Positions 40,152 to 50,242 of a stretch of 64,000 nt of DNA are shown piece by piece (within the stretch, counting starts at the first letter, position 1; every line of letters begins with the position of its first letter). Source of the stretch: an uncultured Candidatus Entotheonella sp. (lineage in GTDB: Bacteria; Tectomicrobia; Entotheonellia; Entotheonellales; Entotheonellaceae); the NCBI GenBank assembly GCA_965217185.1, contig OZ244252.1:1696001-1760000 (forward strand), read 5' to 3'. A model generated the notes under the pieces. It was not told where the DNA came from and did no database searches. It saw nothing but the letters and a program-made list of their open reading frames with translations. A program made the position numbers and the translations under genes.

Positions 40152-41291
40152 ATGAGCGCGAATAAAGCCGAAAACACGTTGGTCGTCGTGCAGTTGACCG
40201 GCGGCAACGACTTCATGAACACCTTGGTGCCGTACACCAACGAGCACTACTACGACACCCGCAAGAAGGTCGTCATTCAGCCCGATCAGGTGTTGCCGAT
40301 CAACGACACACTGGGAATCAACACCCACGCGGCGCCGCTGAAGCGGCTCTATGACGAAGGCAAGATGGCGATCGTCCAGGGCATCGGCTACCCGAACTCG
40401 AACCGCTCGCACTTTCGCGGCATGGACATCTGGCACACCTGCGAGCCCGACAGAGTGGGCAACGAAGGCTGGGTCGGGCTGGCGGTTCGGGAATTGGACC
40501 CACAGGCTGACAACGTGCTGACCGGCGTCAACGTCGGCATGGGTCTGCCGCGCGCCATGGCCGTCACCGGCGTGCCGGTCACCTCGGTCGGCGACCTGGA
40601 AGGCTACGGCGTCATGAACCGGCTGGAAAAGGAAGCGCTGCGCGGCAAGGCTCTGGCGGCGTTCAAGAACATCTACGACCAAGCCATCGGCACCGGCCCG
40701 GTGTCGGAATACATCGGCAAGACAGGCATTGATATCCTCAAGGGCGCCGACCTGCTGGCCGACGTGGCCGCCAAGTATGAATCCACGGTCGAGTATGCCG
40801 ACAACGTCATCGCCAAGAATTTCCGCGACGTGGCCCGCATCCATCTGGCCGGCCTCGGCACTCGGATTTTCTACACCGCGCACGGCGGCTACGATACGCA
40901 CGCCAACGAGATGCCGACGCATCCCAAGCTGCTGCAAGATCTCTCCGGTGCTATCGCGGACTTCTTCGATGACCTGGAAGAGCACGACGCCGCAGACGAC
41001 GTCACCATGCTGGTGTTCACGGAATTCGGCCGTCGCATGCGCGACAACGGCAGCGGCACCGATCACGGCTCCGGCGGCGGCGCCTTCCTGTTTGGCAACC
41101 AAGTGAACGGCGGGCTGTACGCGGAATACCCGTCGCTCGATCCCGCCGATTGGGAACACAGCGAGGACCTGAAGCACACGATCGATTTTCGCGGCGTTTA
41201 CGGGACGGTGCTTGAACAATGGATGGGCGTCGAGGCCAAGCCGATCGTCAAGGGCACGTTCGAGCAACTGACGCCATTCAAAGCTTGCTAG
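40152..41291 (+). CDS. DUF1501 family protein
   Basis: LVVVQLTGGND, SHF, GGYDTHAN, EFGRR..NG.GTDHG, IDFR.VY. Confidence 0.9.
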   Translation: MSANKAENTLVVVQLTGGNDFMNTLVPYTNEHYYDTRKKVVIQPDQVLPINDTLGINTHAAPLKRLYDEGKMAIVQGIGYPNSNRSHFRGMDIWHTCEPDRVGNEGWVGLAVRELDPQADNVLTGVNVGMGLPRAMAVTGVPVTSVGDLEGYGVMNRLEKEALRGKALAAFKNIYDQAIGTGPVSEYIGKTGIDILKGADLLADVAAKYESTVEYADNVIAKNFRDVARIHLAGLGTRIFYTAHGGYDTHANEMPTHPKLLQDLSGAIADFFDDLEEHDAADDVTMLVFTEFGRRMRDNGSGTDHGSGGGAFLFGNQVNGGLYAEYPSLDPADWEHSEDLKHTIDFRGVYGTVLEQWMGVEAKPIVKGTFEQLTPFKAC

Positions 41292-41323
41292 CCCAAGCGG
41301 GCGGACAGCAGGGAGAGCGACTT

Positions 41324-42349
41324 ATGACACGCCCACATGGATTACTGAGAGCGGGGTATCCGTATCTGAAGACCCTCGGCATGCGCCGTATCACCAATTT
41401 CCCGACGGACATCGCCTTCGGGGACGACACGGCCTACATTTTGTGCCGCTCGGAGGGGGTGACGCTGATTCGTGTCTGGCCCATGGAGGACATGGAACAA
41501 CAGACCGACGACCTGAAGCAGATCGGCGGCTACGGGTCCGGTGACGGGCAATTCATCTGGCCCGTACAGGTCATCACCAACGGCAATGGCGACCTCTACG
41601 TCAGCGATGAAGCAACCCACCGCATCACACGGTTCGCCCGGGACGGCGACTTCCTGGGCAAATGGGGCACCGAAGGCACCGGCAAGGGTGGGTTGAACGG
41701 GCCGACCGGCATCGCCTTCGACGGCGACGGCAACATGGTCGTGGTCGATTCCCGCAACCACCGCGTGCAAAGGTTCACCACCGATGGCAAGTACCTGGAC
41801 GGCTTCGGCTCACACGGATCGGAGCCGGGACAGTTCAACCTGCCGTGGGGCATACACGTGGACGAGCTTGGCGACATCTACGTGGCCGACTGGGGCAACA
41901 ACCGCTACCAGGTGTTTTCCGGCAGCGGTGAGTTCAAGCAAACCGTCGGCAAATCGGGCAGCGATGAGGGCGAATTCGACCGCCCGACGGGCATCGCGGT
42001 CGATACCCACGGTGACATTTACGTAGCCGACTGGGGCAACAACCGCGTGCAGATGTTCAACGCCGAGGGGCATTACGTGTGGAGCTTCCATGGCAACGCT
42101 TCGCTGTCCCGCGTGGCCCGCAGCTACATGCTGACCAACGCAGTCTCCAATCGCCTGCGGGAGGCCGGCAAGCTGGAGCAGGAGCAGTACCTGAGGCACC
42201 CGCGCTCGGTGCGCATCGACGACGAGTTCCGGCTGTTCATCGCCGATTACGAATCCTACCGCATCCAGATCTACCAGAAAGACGCCATCCCCTTGGACGA
42301 AACGCAGTTTGCCGCTCCACTGCGCAATCCCACCCTTGAAGTTACGTAG
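41324..42349 (+). CDS. NHL-repeat beta-propeller protein
   Basis: Repeated G.F..P.GIA.D..G.IYVAD.GN.RVQ units. Confidence 0.9.
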   Translation: MTRPHGLLRAGYPYLKTLGMRRITNFPTDIAFGDDTAYILCRSEGVTLIRVWPMEDMEQQTDDLKQIGGYGSGDGQFIWPVQVITNGNGDLYVSDEATHRITRFARDGDFLGKWGTEGTGKGGLNGPTGIAFDGDGNMVVVDSRNHRVQRFTTDGKYLDGFGSHGSEPGQFNLPWGIHVDELGDIYVADWGNNRYQVFSGSGEFKQTVGKSGSDEGEFDRPTGIAVDTHGDIYVADWGNNRVQMFNAEGHYVWSFHGNASLSRVARSYMLTNAVSNRLREAGKLEQEQYLRHPRSVRIDDEFRLFIADYESYRIQIYQKDAIPLDETQFAAPLRNPTLEVT

Positions 42350-42357
42350 GGCCTTGC

Positions 42358-43014
42358 ATGACGGGCACCGTGATGGTTATCGGGGCGAGTCGCGGCATCG
42401 GGCTGGAGTTGGCACGCCAATACGCCGCCGACGGCTGGCGCGTGCACGCCACGACTCGCACCCCGGACCGCCCGGGCGCCTTGGGCCAACTGGCCGGCGA
42501 CGTGGTGCTGCACGAGCTTGACGTGCGGCGGCCCGACCAGACCGCCGCCCTGGCCGCTGCCGTTGCCTCCGAAGGCATTGATCTTCTGATCCATAACGCC
42601 GGCGTCATGGACCGGGGCCTGAGCCTCGAAGAAGTCATGGCGATTAACGCCGAGGCACCGATCCGCGCAACCCAAACTCTGCTGGATGCAGTGCGACGCA
42701 GCCGTGAGAAGAAAATTGTTTTGATGACGAGCCAACTTGGGTCGCGTTACGGCAGCAAGCGCCGCCTCGGCACGTACGGCGAATCCAAGGCGGTGCTGAA
42801 CGACCGGTTCCGCGAACTGGCGCCGGCGTGGGGCGCCGAGGGCTTGATCGCCATCGTCATGCATCCCGGCTGGGTCCGCACCGATATGGGCGGGCGCGGT
42901 GCGACGCTTTCCGTGGAGGAAAGCGTCACCGGCATGCGGCGGGTGATTGCCTCCCTGACGGCAGTCGAGCACGGGTGCTTCTTGACTTGGGACGGGCGGG
43001 AACACGCTTGGTAA
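42358..43014 (+). CDS. SDR oxidoreductase (CsgA/C-factor-like)
   Basis: GASRGIG, NAG, YGESK, HPGWVRTDMGG. Confidence 0.9.
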   Translation: MTGTVMVIGASRGIGLELARQYAADGWRVHATTRTPDRPGALGQLAGDVVLHELDVRRPDQTAALAAAVASEGIDLLIHNAGVMDRGLSLEEVMAINAEAPIRATQTLLDAVRRSREKKIVLMTSQLGSRYGSKRRLGTYGESKAVLNDRFRELAPAWGAEGLIAIVMHPGWVRTDMGGRGATLSVEESVTGMRRVIASLTAVEHGCFLTWDGREHAW

Positions 43015-43030
43015 TCACATCACCTTAACC

Positions 43031-43107
43031 GTCACTCCGGCGCAAGCGGAGAGTTCACAGGTCTTTGCGGGAAAGGTCACTGGATTCCGGGTCAAGCCCG
43101 GAATGAC
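43031..43107. repeat. GTCA..TCCG / CGGAATGAC palindromic intergenic element
   Basis: Ends GTCACTCCGG and CCGGAATGAC are 9/10 complementary; inner hairpin ATTCCGGG-TCAAG-CCCGGAAT; lies between convergent genes. Confidence 0.65.
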
Positions 43108-43131
43108 CGATTTGGGTGTGTAGTAGCAAGT

Positions 43132-44301
43132 TCAGAGCTTTGAGGTGTCAACGGGAAGGCCCATCCAGTGCCTTCCAATCAGTTCGTAAAGGCCGCGGCG
43201 GGCCTGGGTATGCTGGCTGATCACGTGGATGTCCTGGAAGGCGCGCTGGATGAAGTGGGCGCCGTAGATAGCGGTTGTCCCGGCGGCATTGTAAATGGTG
43301 TCGATCACCTGCACGGCTAAACGGATGGCGTGCGTCGTAGCGATGCGCAGGGCAGCCCGCTGATCCATGCTCATCGCCCCCGTGGTATTCACCTCGTCCC
43401 ACACGGTTCGCACCGTTTCGGTCAGCAGCCCGTGCCCGGCCCGCAGGTTGGCATCGGCGTGACCGACATCCGCCTGCACCATCGGCTGGTCGCGCAGCAG
43501 TCCCTCGGTGGCGCGCGGCGTTTTCGTTCCCGCCAATTCGATGAACACGGACAGGCAGGCACGCGCCAGGCCCAGCGCCACCGCAGCGTCGCCCGAGGCG
43601 AACATCAGGGTACGCGGGATTTGGTATAAGGGGCCGTTCTCAAGGATCGGGGCGGTGGCGGCGAGGACGCTTAACTCCTTGGGAACAAAGACATCCCGCA
43701 CGGCGAAATGGTGCGTCCCGGTGCCGCGCAAGCCGCGTACGTCCCAGGTGTCGAGCAATTCCACGTCGTCGGCCGGCACGAACAGGTAGCGCGTTTCCGG
43801 CTGGCCGCTTTCCAGTTGCCGGGGCTGGCCGTCCTCGACAATGAGGGCGTGCGGCGCCACCCAGGAGGCGTGCTTGCAACCGGTGCTGAATCCCTGGTTG
43901 CCGGTCACGCGGTACCCACCGGGTACCACGATTGCTTGCGCCGTCGGCGCCGGCGTGTTGGAAACGACGCTGCGCGGCGTGTCGATCCAGATCGAGCGCG
44001 CCACCTCACGGGGCATGCGGGCCGAAAAGGTCGCAAAGATGCCACCCTGGTTGATAACCCAGCCGGTGCTGGCGTCGGCCTTGCCGAGTTCTTCGATGAC
44101 CCGGATGTAGGTAGGCAGATCGAGTTCAGGGCACCCCAAGGCGCGCGGCAGGGCCATGTGGAACAGCCCGGCGTCCGCCAGCGCCTCGAAGAGCGGTCGC
44201 GGCAACTCCCTGTTGGCGTCGATCTCATCGGCGCAGGCGCGAATTTTAGGGGCCATTTCGCGGGCGGTGTCGAGCAACGAGCAAGCCTCTGTTTGCAGCA
44301 T
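43132..44301 (-). CDS. Acyl-CoA dehydrogenase-fold flavin monooxygenase (HsaA-like)
   Basis: ADASTGW, GGYRVTG..FSTGC.HA, DTWDVRGLRGTGT, QRAFQDIH. Confidence 0.85.
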   Translation of the reverse strand: MLQTEACSLLDTAREMAPKIRACADEIDANRELPRPLFEALADAGLFHMALPRALGCPELDLPTYIRVIEELGKADASTGWVINQGGIFATFSARMPREVARSIWIDTPRSVVSNTPAPTAQAIVVPGGYRVTGNQGFSTGCKHASWVAPHALIVEDGQPRQLESGQPETRYLFVPADDVELLDTWDVRGLRGTGTHHFAVRDVFVPKELSVLAATAPILENGPLYQIPRTLMFASGDAAVALGLARACLSVFIELAGTKTPRATEGLLRDQPMVQADVGHADANLRAGHGLLTETVRTVWDEVNTTGAMSMDQRAALRIATTHAIRLAVQVIDTIYNAAGTTAIYGAHFIQRAFQDIHVISQHTQARRGLYELIGRHWMGLPVDTSKL

Positions 44302-44467
44302 CAGAGTTGGCTTTCCATAATGGCGGGAAGCAATGGTTTCGCTCCCGGTCAACGGAGCGGATAAGAGATGGCCTCAGCCCTTTTGAGCGGCTGCGTATCA
44401 TAGCACATTCACGATTCCACAAGAGCCTGGGCCGTGGCGCCCAACTACACAACTACAGGAGACCACC

Positions 44468-45553
44468 ATGAACATCACTGACGTGCAAGCCCACGTATTG
44501 GCCATTCCCATGGCGCCCGGCAAACAGAAAATGCCTTGGACATGGGGGAATTTCAACCAGGTGATTATTTCCGTGCACACCGATGCGGGTCTGACGGGGT
44601 ACGGCGAGGCGTTCGGGTACGGCGTGCCGCAGGCCACCGCCTCGGTGGTGAGCGAGATTCTCAAGCCCATGCTCGTCGGCGCCGACGCCACCCAGATCAC
44701 CGCGCTGCAGGACCGCATGTTCCGCCACACCCACCTGTTCGGACGTTACGGTGTCACCAACTTTGCGATCAGCGGGGTGGACATTGCACTGTGGGACTTG
44801 GCCGGGAAGAGCGCCGGCTTGCCGTTGTACCGTCTGTTCGGCGGTGCCGAGGCCACCGACGTGCCGGCCTATGCCAGCCTGGTTCGCTATTCAGCGCCGG
44901 AGCACGTATCGGAGGCGGTGGCGCAGGCGCGGGATGAAGGCTATGACGCCATCAAATTGCACCAAGTGGACGTGGAAAGCGTGCACGTCGCGCGCGAGGC
45001 AGCGGGCGAGGACATTCTGCTGATGCTGGACGTCAATTGCTCCTGGGCGCCGGACGAGGCACTGGACATCGCGATGCAATGCATTCCCTACAATCTCTAT
45101 TGGTTGGAGGAGCCCATCTGGCCACCGGAGGATTTCGAGGCCCTCGCGCATCTCGGGCAGGCCAGCGAGACGCCGATCGCCACCGGCGAGAACGCCTGCA
45201 CGGTTTACCAGTTTCAGCACATGATGGAAACCGGCTGCGCATCCTTCGTGCAGCCGAGCGTCACGAAGGTGGGCGGCATCAGCGAGTGGCGCAAGGTGGC
45301 GGCGTTAGCGGAGGCCCGCAACATCCAGGTGGGGCCGCATTCGCCGTACTTCGGTCCCGGCCTGCTGGCCACCGCGCACTTGGTAGCGGCCACGCCGCAC
45401 GCGCCGTGGCTGGAGGTGCTGTACGCGCCGCAGGAAGCCAGCGTGTTCACCGAGGAGCCGCAAGTTGTGGACGGTATGTTTACCGTGCCCCAAGGACCGG
45501 GGCTGGGGCTGGAGATCGATCTGGAGGTGTTGTCGCGCTACCGCGTGGCGTGA
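44468..45553 (+). CDS. Mandelate racemase/muconate lactonising enzyme family protein
   Basis: GLTGYGE, SGVDIALWDL.GK, LDVN, WLEEP, TGEN, PHS, PGLGLE. Confidence 0.9.
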   Translation: MNITDVQAHVLAIPMAPGKQKMPWTWGNFNQVIISVHTDAGLTGYGEAFGYGVPQATASVVSEILKPMLVGADATQITALQDRMFRHTHLFGRYGVTNFAISGVDIALWDLAGKSAGLPLYRLFGGAEATDVPAYASLVRYSAPEHVSEAVAQARDEGYDAIKLHQVDVESVHVAREAAGEDILLMLDVNCSWAPDEALDIAMQCIPYNLYWLEEPIWPPEDFEALAHLGQASETPIATGENACTVYQFQHMMETGCASFVQPSVTKVGGISEWRKVAALAEARNIQVGPHSPYFGPGLLATAHLVAATPHAPWLEVLYAPQEASVFTEEPQVVDGMFTVPQGPGLGLEIDLEVLSRYRVA

Positions 45554-45674
45554 TAGTGGATTGAGGGCAAAAGAAATCCGTTAGCCGACGAGTGGCAGCC
45601 TCCCCCTTGCACGGCTGCCTCGCCGGGAGCGCCGAAGCGTAGGTCCATAACGACCCGCACGACGATGAACTATA

Positions 45675-46963
45675 GGGCGCCTCGAAAAATGACTCACTGG
45701 CGGTCATAGCTGGCGTGAGTGGTCCTATCGCGTGATGTCGGTAGAGAATGAACGGCGGTTTGCGTGGATGATGTCGCTCCCCGACAAGAACCATGGCGCT
45801 TTCAATGAGGGCGTCCCACGCCCTGCTGCACCCTTTAGCGTGAATCCACCATCGCCAGACGTTGCAAGTGAACCAGGCGACGCCTGTTGTAGGCAAGGTT
45901 CTTGAGACCTATCCGCGCGCTCGCCCGTACAAGACCGATGCTGCGAATCAACGTCCCGCCCACGTCGTTTTGCTGCGCCCCGAAGACATGCTCTACCCGT
46001 GCTCGAAACCGTGAACGACTCTGGTTGCCCGCCTTCTCCCAATCACACAGCGGACGGTTGCGATAGCCCTTGCGATGAATCCGACTCGTCAAGCCCCCTT
46101 TCCTTGACCTTCTCCTCAATGGCTTTGGACCGGTAGGCGCTGTCCGCCCAGACGCCGCTTGCCGTGTTGTCCGACGTAAGCAGTTCATCAACCCCTTGGC
46201 TGTCGTGCACCGCCGCGTCCGTCACCCGGTAACGCCGGATCAGTTTGTGCCGACGGTCGATGCTGACGTGATTCTTGTAGCCATAGTGGCTCTTGCCGTG
46301 CTTCTTCGTCCAGCGCGCATCCGTATCCTTTTGCCGACGCTTGGCCGCCTTGTCGGCCCAGGCCTCGGGCATCTCACCGCGCTTGATCTGCTCATTGTCG
46401 TCACGACGATTGCGTTGAATGGGAACCGCGACAATCGAGGCATCGATGATCTGGCCGCCCATGGCCCGGTAGCCCTGGCTTTTCAGATAGCCGTCGAAAT
46501 CCTCAAACAAGGCCTCCATGAGGCCAGCCTGTGACAACTGCTCGCGGTAGAGCCACACCGTCTTGGCGTCGGGCACCTTGTCTTCAAGCGCCAGCCCCAG
46601 AAAGCGCACGAAGGACAGGCGGTCACGCATCTGATACTCGACCTGGTCATCCGACAGATTGCAGAGGGCGCACAGAATGATCGCTTTGAACATGACGATG
46701 GCGTCCCACGGCTTGCACCCCGCATTGGACTTACGCTTGTCGGCTGGCTTGCGCCAGACGTTTTCCAGGCGGCTGCGGAAGGCTTCCCAGGGAACGACGG
46801 CATTGATCTTCACCAGGGGGTCATGCTTGGCATCCAGAGCGGCGTAGCGATTCTCGACATCGAAAAAGCCCATCTGAGCCATGTTCAACTCCTCCGGCCT
46901 GTTGGTTAACGTGTCTCTGTAATTCTAAACCACGTGGGAAGATGAGTATTATTAGAGATGCCC
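45675..46963 (-). mobile_element. IS5-family insertion sequence, copy 2 (inverted relative to copy 1)
   Basis: IRs GGGCGCCTCGAAAAAT / ATTATTAGAGATGCCC; TATA duplication (45671-74, 46964-67); transposase near-identical to copy 1. Confidence 0.9.
45835..46882 (-). pseudogene. IS5 transposase, frameshifted
   Basis: Extra G in a G-run near 46095 splits the gene into ORFs 46043-46888 and 45835-46191. Could be a sequencing error. Confidence 0.75.
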
Positions 46964-46970
46964 TATACAG

Positions 46971-48288
46971 CAATACATCGGACAGTTTTGACAAAGAGGT
47001 AGCCGCACGAGCCCTCCAATTCTAGAGTTGTGTTAGCCAACGCAACCGAGAATGGAGGTGCTCCGTGCGACTGCTTCAGAGTGTACTTGCGACCTTGCCC
47101 CAAACCAAGAAACCGCAACGAAAGTTCATTACCCATCTGCTGGGGCTTGTGCTGATGCTTCCCGGCCACGCCACGTTTCGTAATCTCAGCCGCTACAGTT
47201 CCTATCACGAACGTACGTTTGCGCGGTGGTATGGACGCCCGTTTGACTTTGTCGCACTCAACAAAGCAGCGATTACCCAGGTGATGGCGCCCGACCATCA
47301 GCAGGCCCTCGTTATCGATGCCAGCTTTATCCCCAAAAGCGGCACCCACACCTATGGCCTTGAACGCTTCTGGAACAGCCGCCAGCGGCGCAGTGAAAAA
47401 GGTCTGGAAGTCTCTGCTGTAGCCTGGCTCGACATCACCGACAGATGCGCCTATGGCCTCAGTGTCGAGCAGACACCCCCAAGCGACAAGACCTCGGAGC
47501 CGCAAGGCACACGCATCGATGCCTATCTGGAGCAATTGCAGCGTGTGGTCTGTGACCATCACCTGGGTCATCTACGCTATGTGATAGCGGATGGCTATTA
47601 CAGCAAGCGTAAATTCCTCGATGGGGTTCGCGCCCTGGGGATGCACCAGATTGGCAAACTGCGCCGTGACGCCAATCTGCGCTATCTCTACCAAGGACCG
47701 GGGCGCTCAGGACCGGGGCGACCCAAGACCTATGACGGTAAGGTCCAGTGGGACGACCTGTCACGCTTTGAACGGGTACAGGGCGAAGACGACGACGTGG
47801 TGCTCTACCATCAACTCCTCAACCACGTCCATCTTCGGCGCAATCTGCGTGTGGTGCTCGTCGTCGATACCCGCACCCAGCGGCGGGCGGTCCTGTTCAG
47901 CAGCGATACCGACTTGGATGCGCAGACGCTTTATCGTGGATACAAAGCACGCTTCCAAATCGAGTTTCTCTTCAGGGACGCCAAGCAATTTACGTCTCTG
48001 AGTGCCTGTCAAGCGCGCTCGCAAGCCAAGCTGCATTTTCATTTCAATGCCAGTATGAGTGCTCTGACCTTGGGCAAGCTGGAAGCACGACAGCAAGGCG
48101 GCGGTGCCCAGGCAGGGTTTTCCATGGCGAGTCTCAAACGGCGCGCCTTCAACCAACATCTGCTGGAGCGAATTTCTCGGCATTTAGCCCACGGGCATAG
48201 CCTGGAAAAATCCAGCCCCGATTACCAAGACCTTTGCAACTATGGCATCATCACTGACAGGGCGGCTTGAGGACTGTCCGAAGTATTG
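46971..48288 (+). mobile_element. IS element (IS4/IS701-like DDE superfamily)
   Basis: 16-bp IRs CAATACATCGGACAGT / ACTGTCCGAAGTATTG (15/16 match); no target duplication seen. Confidence 0.85.
47065..48270 (+). CDS. DDE transposase, apparently intact
   Basis: IDASF, ADGYY, GRPKTYDG, YKARFQIEFLFRDAKQ. Confidence 0.88.
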   Translation: MRLLQSVLATLPQTKKPQRKFITHLLGLVLMLPGHATFRNLSRYSSYHERTFARWYGRPFDFVALNKAAITQVMAPDHQQALVIDASFIPKSGTHTYGLERFWNSRQRRSEKGLEVSAVAWLDITDRCAYGLSVEQTPPSDKTSEPQGTRIDAYLEQLQRVVCDHHLGHLRYVIADGYYSKRKFLDGVRALGMHQIGKLRRDANLRYLYQGPGRSGPGRPKTYDGKVQWDDLSRFERVQGEDDDVVLYHQLLNHVHLRRNLRVVLVVDTRTQRRAVLFSSDTDLDAQTLYRGYKARFQIEFLFRDAKQFTSLSACQARSQAKLHFHFNASMSALTLGKLEARQQGGGAQAGFSMASLKRRAFNQHLLERISRHLAHGHSLEKSSPDYQDLCNYGIITDRAA

Positions 48289-48309
48289 GTAAATGATACA
48301 TGCAGCAGG

Positions 48310-48372
48310 GCCGTTTTACGGCACTTCGATACGACGGCACGATGTTACGTTGAACCCACCTCTTACGGACAC
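48310..48372. promoter_or_regulatory. Probable res site/promoter upstream of the resolvase
   Basis: Series of short CGT..ACG/TTACG imperfect palindromes directly 5' of a serine resolvase gene. Confidence 0.35.
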
Positions 48373-48380
48373 CTCAGCAG

Positions 48381-48952
48381 ATGACAGCAACCCTGATTGG
48401 CTACGCCCGCTGTTCCACGGACAAGCAGGACTTGACGGCACAGAGGCGGGCACTCGCCGAACTCGGCGTCGCATCGGATCTACATGGACAAGGGTCTGAC
48501 CGGCACAAACCGCGCCCGGCCTGGACCAGGTCATGGCCGCAGTGCGCAAGGGTGACACCCTGGTGGTGCCAAAGCTGGACCGCCTGGCGAGGTCGATTCC
48601 CGATGCCCGGCACATTGCCGATCAGCTGGAGGCCAAGGGGGTGAAGCTCGCCCTGGGCCGAAACATCCATGACCCCAGCGACCCGATGGGCAAGATGTTT
48701 TTCATCATTCTGGCCACCTTTGCGGAGTTCGAGGCCGACCTGATCCGGATGCGTACGCGCGAAGGCATAGCCATCGCCCGGGCCAAGGGCAAGTTGCGGG
48801 GCAAGCAGCCGAAGCTTTCCGAAAAGCAGCAACGAGAACTCTGCCGCATGCACGCCACCGGCGACTATTCCATCGGCGATCTGGCGGAAGTTTTCGCCGT
48901 ATCGAGACCCACCGTCTACCGGACGCTCAACCGCGTCGCCGCTTCCTCATGA
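48381..48952 (+). pseudogene. Serine resolvase (Tn3-type), frameshifted
   Basis: GYARCSTDKQ in one frame; KLDRLARS, EFEADLIRMRT and C-terminal HTH in another; small deletion near 48480. Confidence 0.85.
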
Positions 48953-49138
48953 ATCGCCCCCTCGTAGGTGCCACGTAGCGCCAAAGGAAGCGTTCCATTT
49001 AACGTTGAAAGTCACAGTTTGCGGGTAGTCGGGATGCCTCGTTTAACGCCCCGTTAAACGAAACGGAAAGGCATGTGAAGGTCGAAGGGCACGGGCGTTC
49101 GAGATCCTGAAAAGGCGAGGACGACCAGGGGCCGGATG

Positions 49139-49474
49139 TCAGGTCAGGACCCGCAGAGCCGTTTCGGGCGCCTTGTCAAGAACCCGCAGCAGAGCCTTGG
49201 CAGCCCCCGTGGGACGGCGCTTGCCCTGCTCCCAGTTGCGGATCGTCTCGTGCGGCACGTCGATGCGCCGCGCGAACTCCACCTGCGTCAGTCCCAGGCG
49301 ACGGCGTACCCGGCGGGCAAAACGCGCCATGTCCCGCATCGCTTCGACGTCGTCCTGTTGTTGTTGAGAGGCAAGGTCCGCTTCGGTAGCACCGTCCAGC
49401 ACTGAATGATCGACCCTCCCCCTTGGCAGGCTTGCCGGATCACCCGGATCAACCCTGACTCGCGTGGTGCTCAT
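49139..49474 (-). CDS. XRE/HigA-like HTH antitoxin
   Basis: RRLGLTQVEFA..TIRNWEQGKRRPTG; overlaps the toxin 3' end. Confidence 0.85.
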   Translation of the reverse strand: MSTTRVRVDPGDPASLPRGRVDHSVLDGATEADLASQQQQDDVEAMRDMARFARRVRRRLGLTQVEFARRIDVPHETIRNWEQGKRRPTGAAKALLRVLDKAPETALRVLT

Positions 49475-49730
49475 ACTCTCGAATCTCCTTCCTGTTGGCC
49501 TTGCGAGCCGAAATAATGCGGATGGCCGAGCTGCGCATCGTGAAAATCAGCACGAAGACCCGGCCCTCTATGGCGCCGAGCAGCCGGTAACGGTCCTCGC
49601 CATAATCCCAGCGGCGGTCGCGGCTGACGACTCGGCTATCGTCGAAGAAGGCGCGGAGGGCGTAGGCGAAGTCGAAACCGCGATAGGTGAAACAGGCGTC
49701 GCTCTTGGCATCGTCCCACTCGAACTGCAT
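49449..49730 (-). CDS. brnT: BrnT-family ribonuclease toxin
   Basis: MQFEWDDAK..GFDF, YGEDR, IRIISARKA. Confidence 0.88.
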   Translation of the reverse strand: MQFEWDDAKSDACFTYRGFDFAYALRAFFDDSRVVSRDRRWDYGEDRYRLLGAIEGRVFVLIFTMRSSAIRIISARKANRKEIREYEHHASQG

Positions 49731-49736
49731 TGGCTG

Positions 49737-49765
49737 TTTGTAGGCCAATGGCCTACATTTGTCAA
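49737..49765 (-). promoter_or_regulatory. TA promoter with palindromic operator
   Basis: TTGACA-17 bp-TACAAA, 6 nt before the ATG; palindrome TGTAGGCCA-N-TGGCCTACA at 49739-49757. Confidence 0.7.
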
Positions 49766-49782
49766 TAAGGGAACGCGCCAAG

Positions 49783-50145
49783 ATGGCGCCGAATGTGGAG
49801 GGCTTTGCCGTGCTGCTTCTTACCCTGATCGTTGTCGCGTGCATGGCGAGCAGGCTGCTGCCGTTGGTCGAGGGCGCCGATACCACCATCATCGGCGGTG
49901 AGACGCGGGTGATCGACGGGGACACGCTGGAGGTGAAGGGCGAGCGCGTGCGCTTGCAGGGTATCGACGCCCCGGAGAAGGGTCAGTCGTGCGAGAGTGC
50001 CTCTGGCAAGCGGTACCCGTGCGGCCAAGAGGCGACCCGCGCCTTGCGAGAACGGATTGGCGAGAGCAAAGTGGCGTGCGTCATTGATGCCCAGCGCGAC
50101 CGCTATGGGCGAGCCTTGGGGGTGTGCTACTTGCGCGGCGGGGAT
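49783..50145 (+). pseudogene. Thermonuclease (SNase-like), C-terminally truncated
   Basis: RVIDGDTL, RLQGIDAPE, DRYGRALG; similarity ends before the expected conserved C-terminal part. Confidence 0.7.
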
Positions 50146-50242
50146 CGGCGGTCGGTGGTGATGCGTACGGGTTCCAGTGCGGCTTGGGCATCTTACGCAT
50201 CGGTGTGTTGGTGGAATCCAGAACCCGAGGGAGCACAAAGAC

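Noticed and set aside
41500..42070. Repeated DNA (GCCGACTGGGGCAACAACCGC twice) as CRISPR or tandem array
   Set aside because: These are coding NHL repeats; no regularly spaced repeat-spacer array or cas gene was seen anywhere in the window.
45554..45670. attC site or ncRNA (GGCAGCC...GGCTGCC hairpin, GTTAGCC and CCATAAC)
   Set aside because: The core motifs are in the wrong order for attC; a single hairpin is best read as a terminator-like structure.
33385..46963. Two inverted IS5 copies as a composite transposon or inversion
   Set aside because: Each copy keeps its own matching duplication (TTTA/TTTA and TATA/TATA), and gspE and gspF remain co-oriented, so these are independent insertions.
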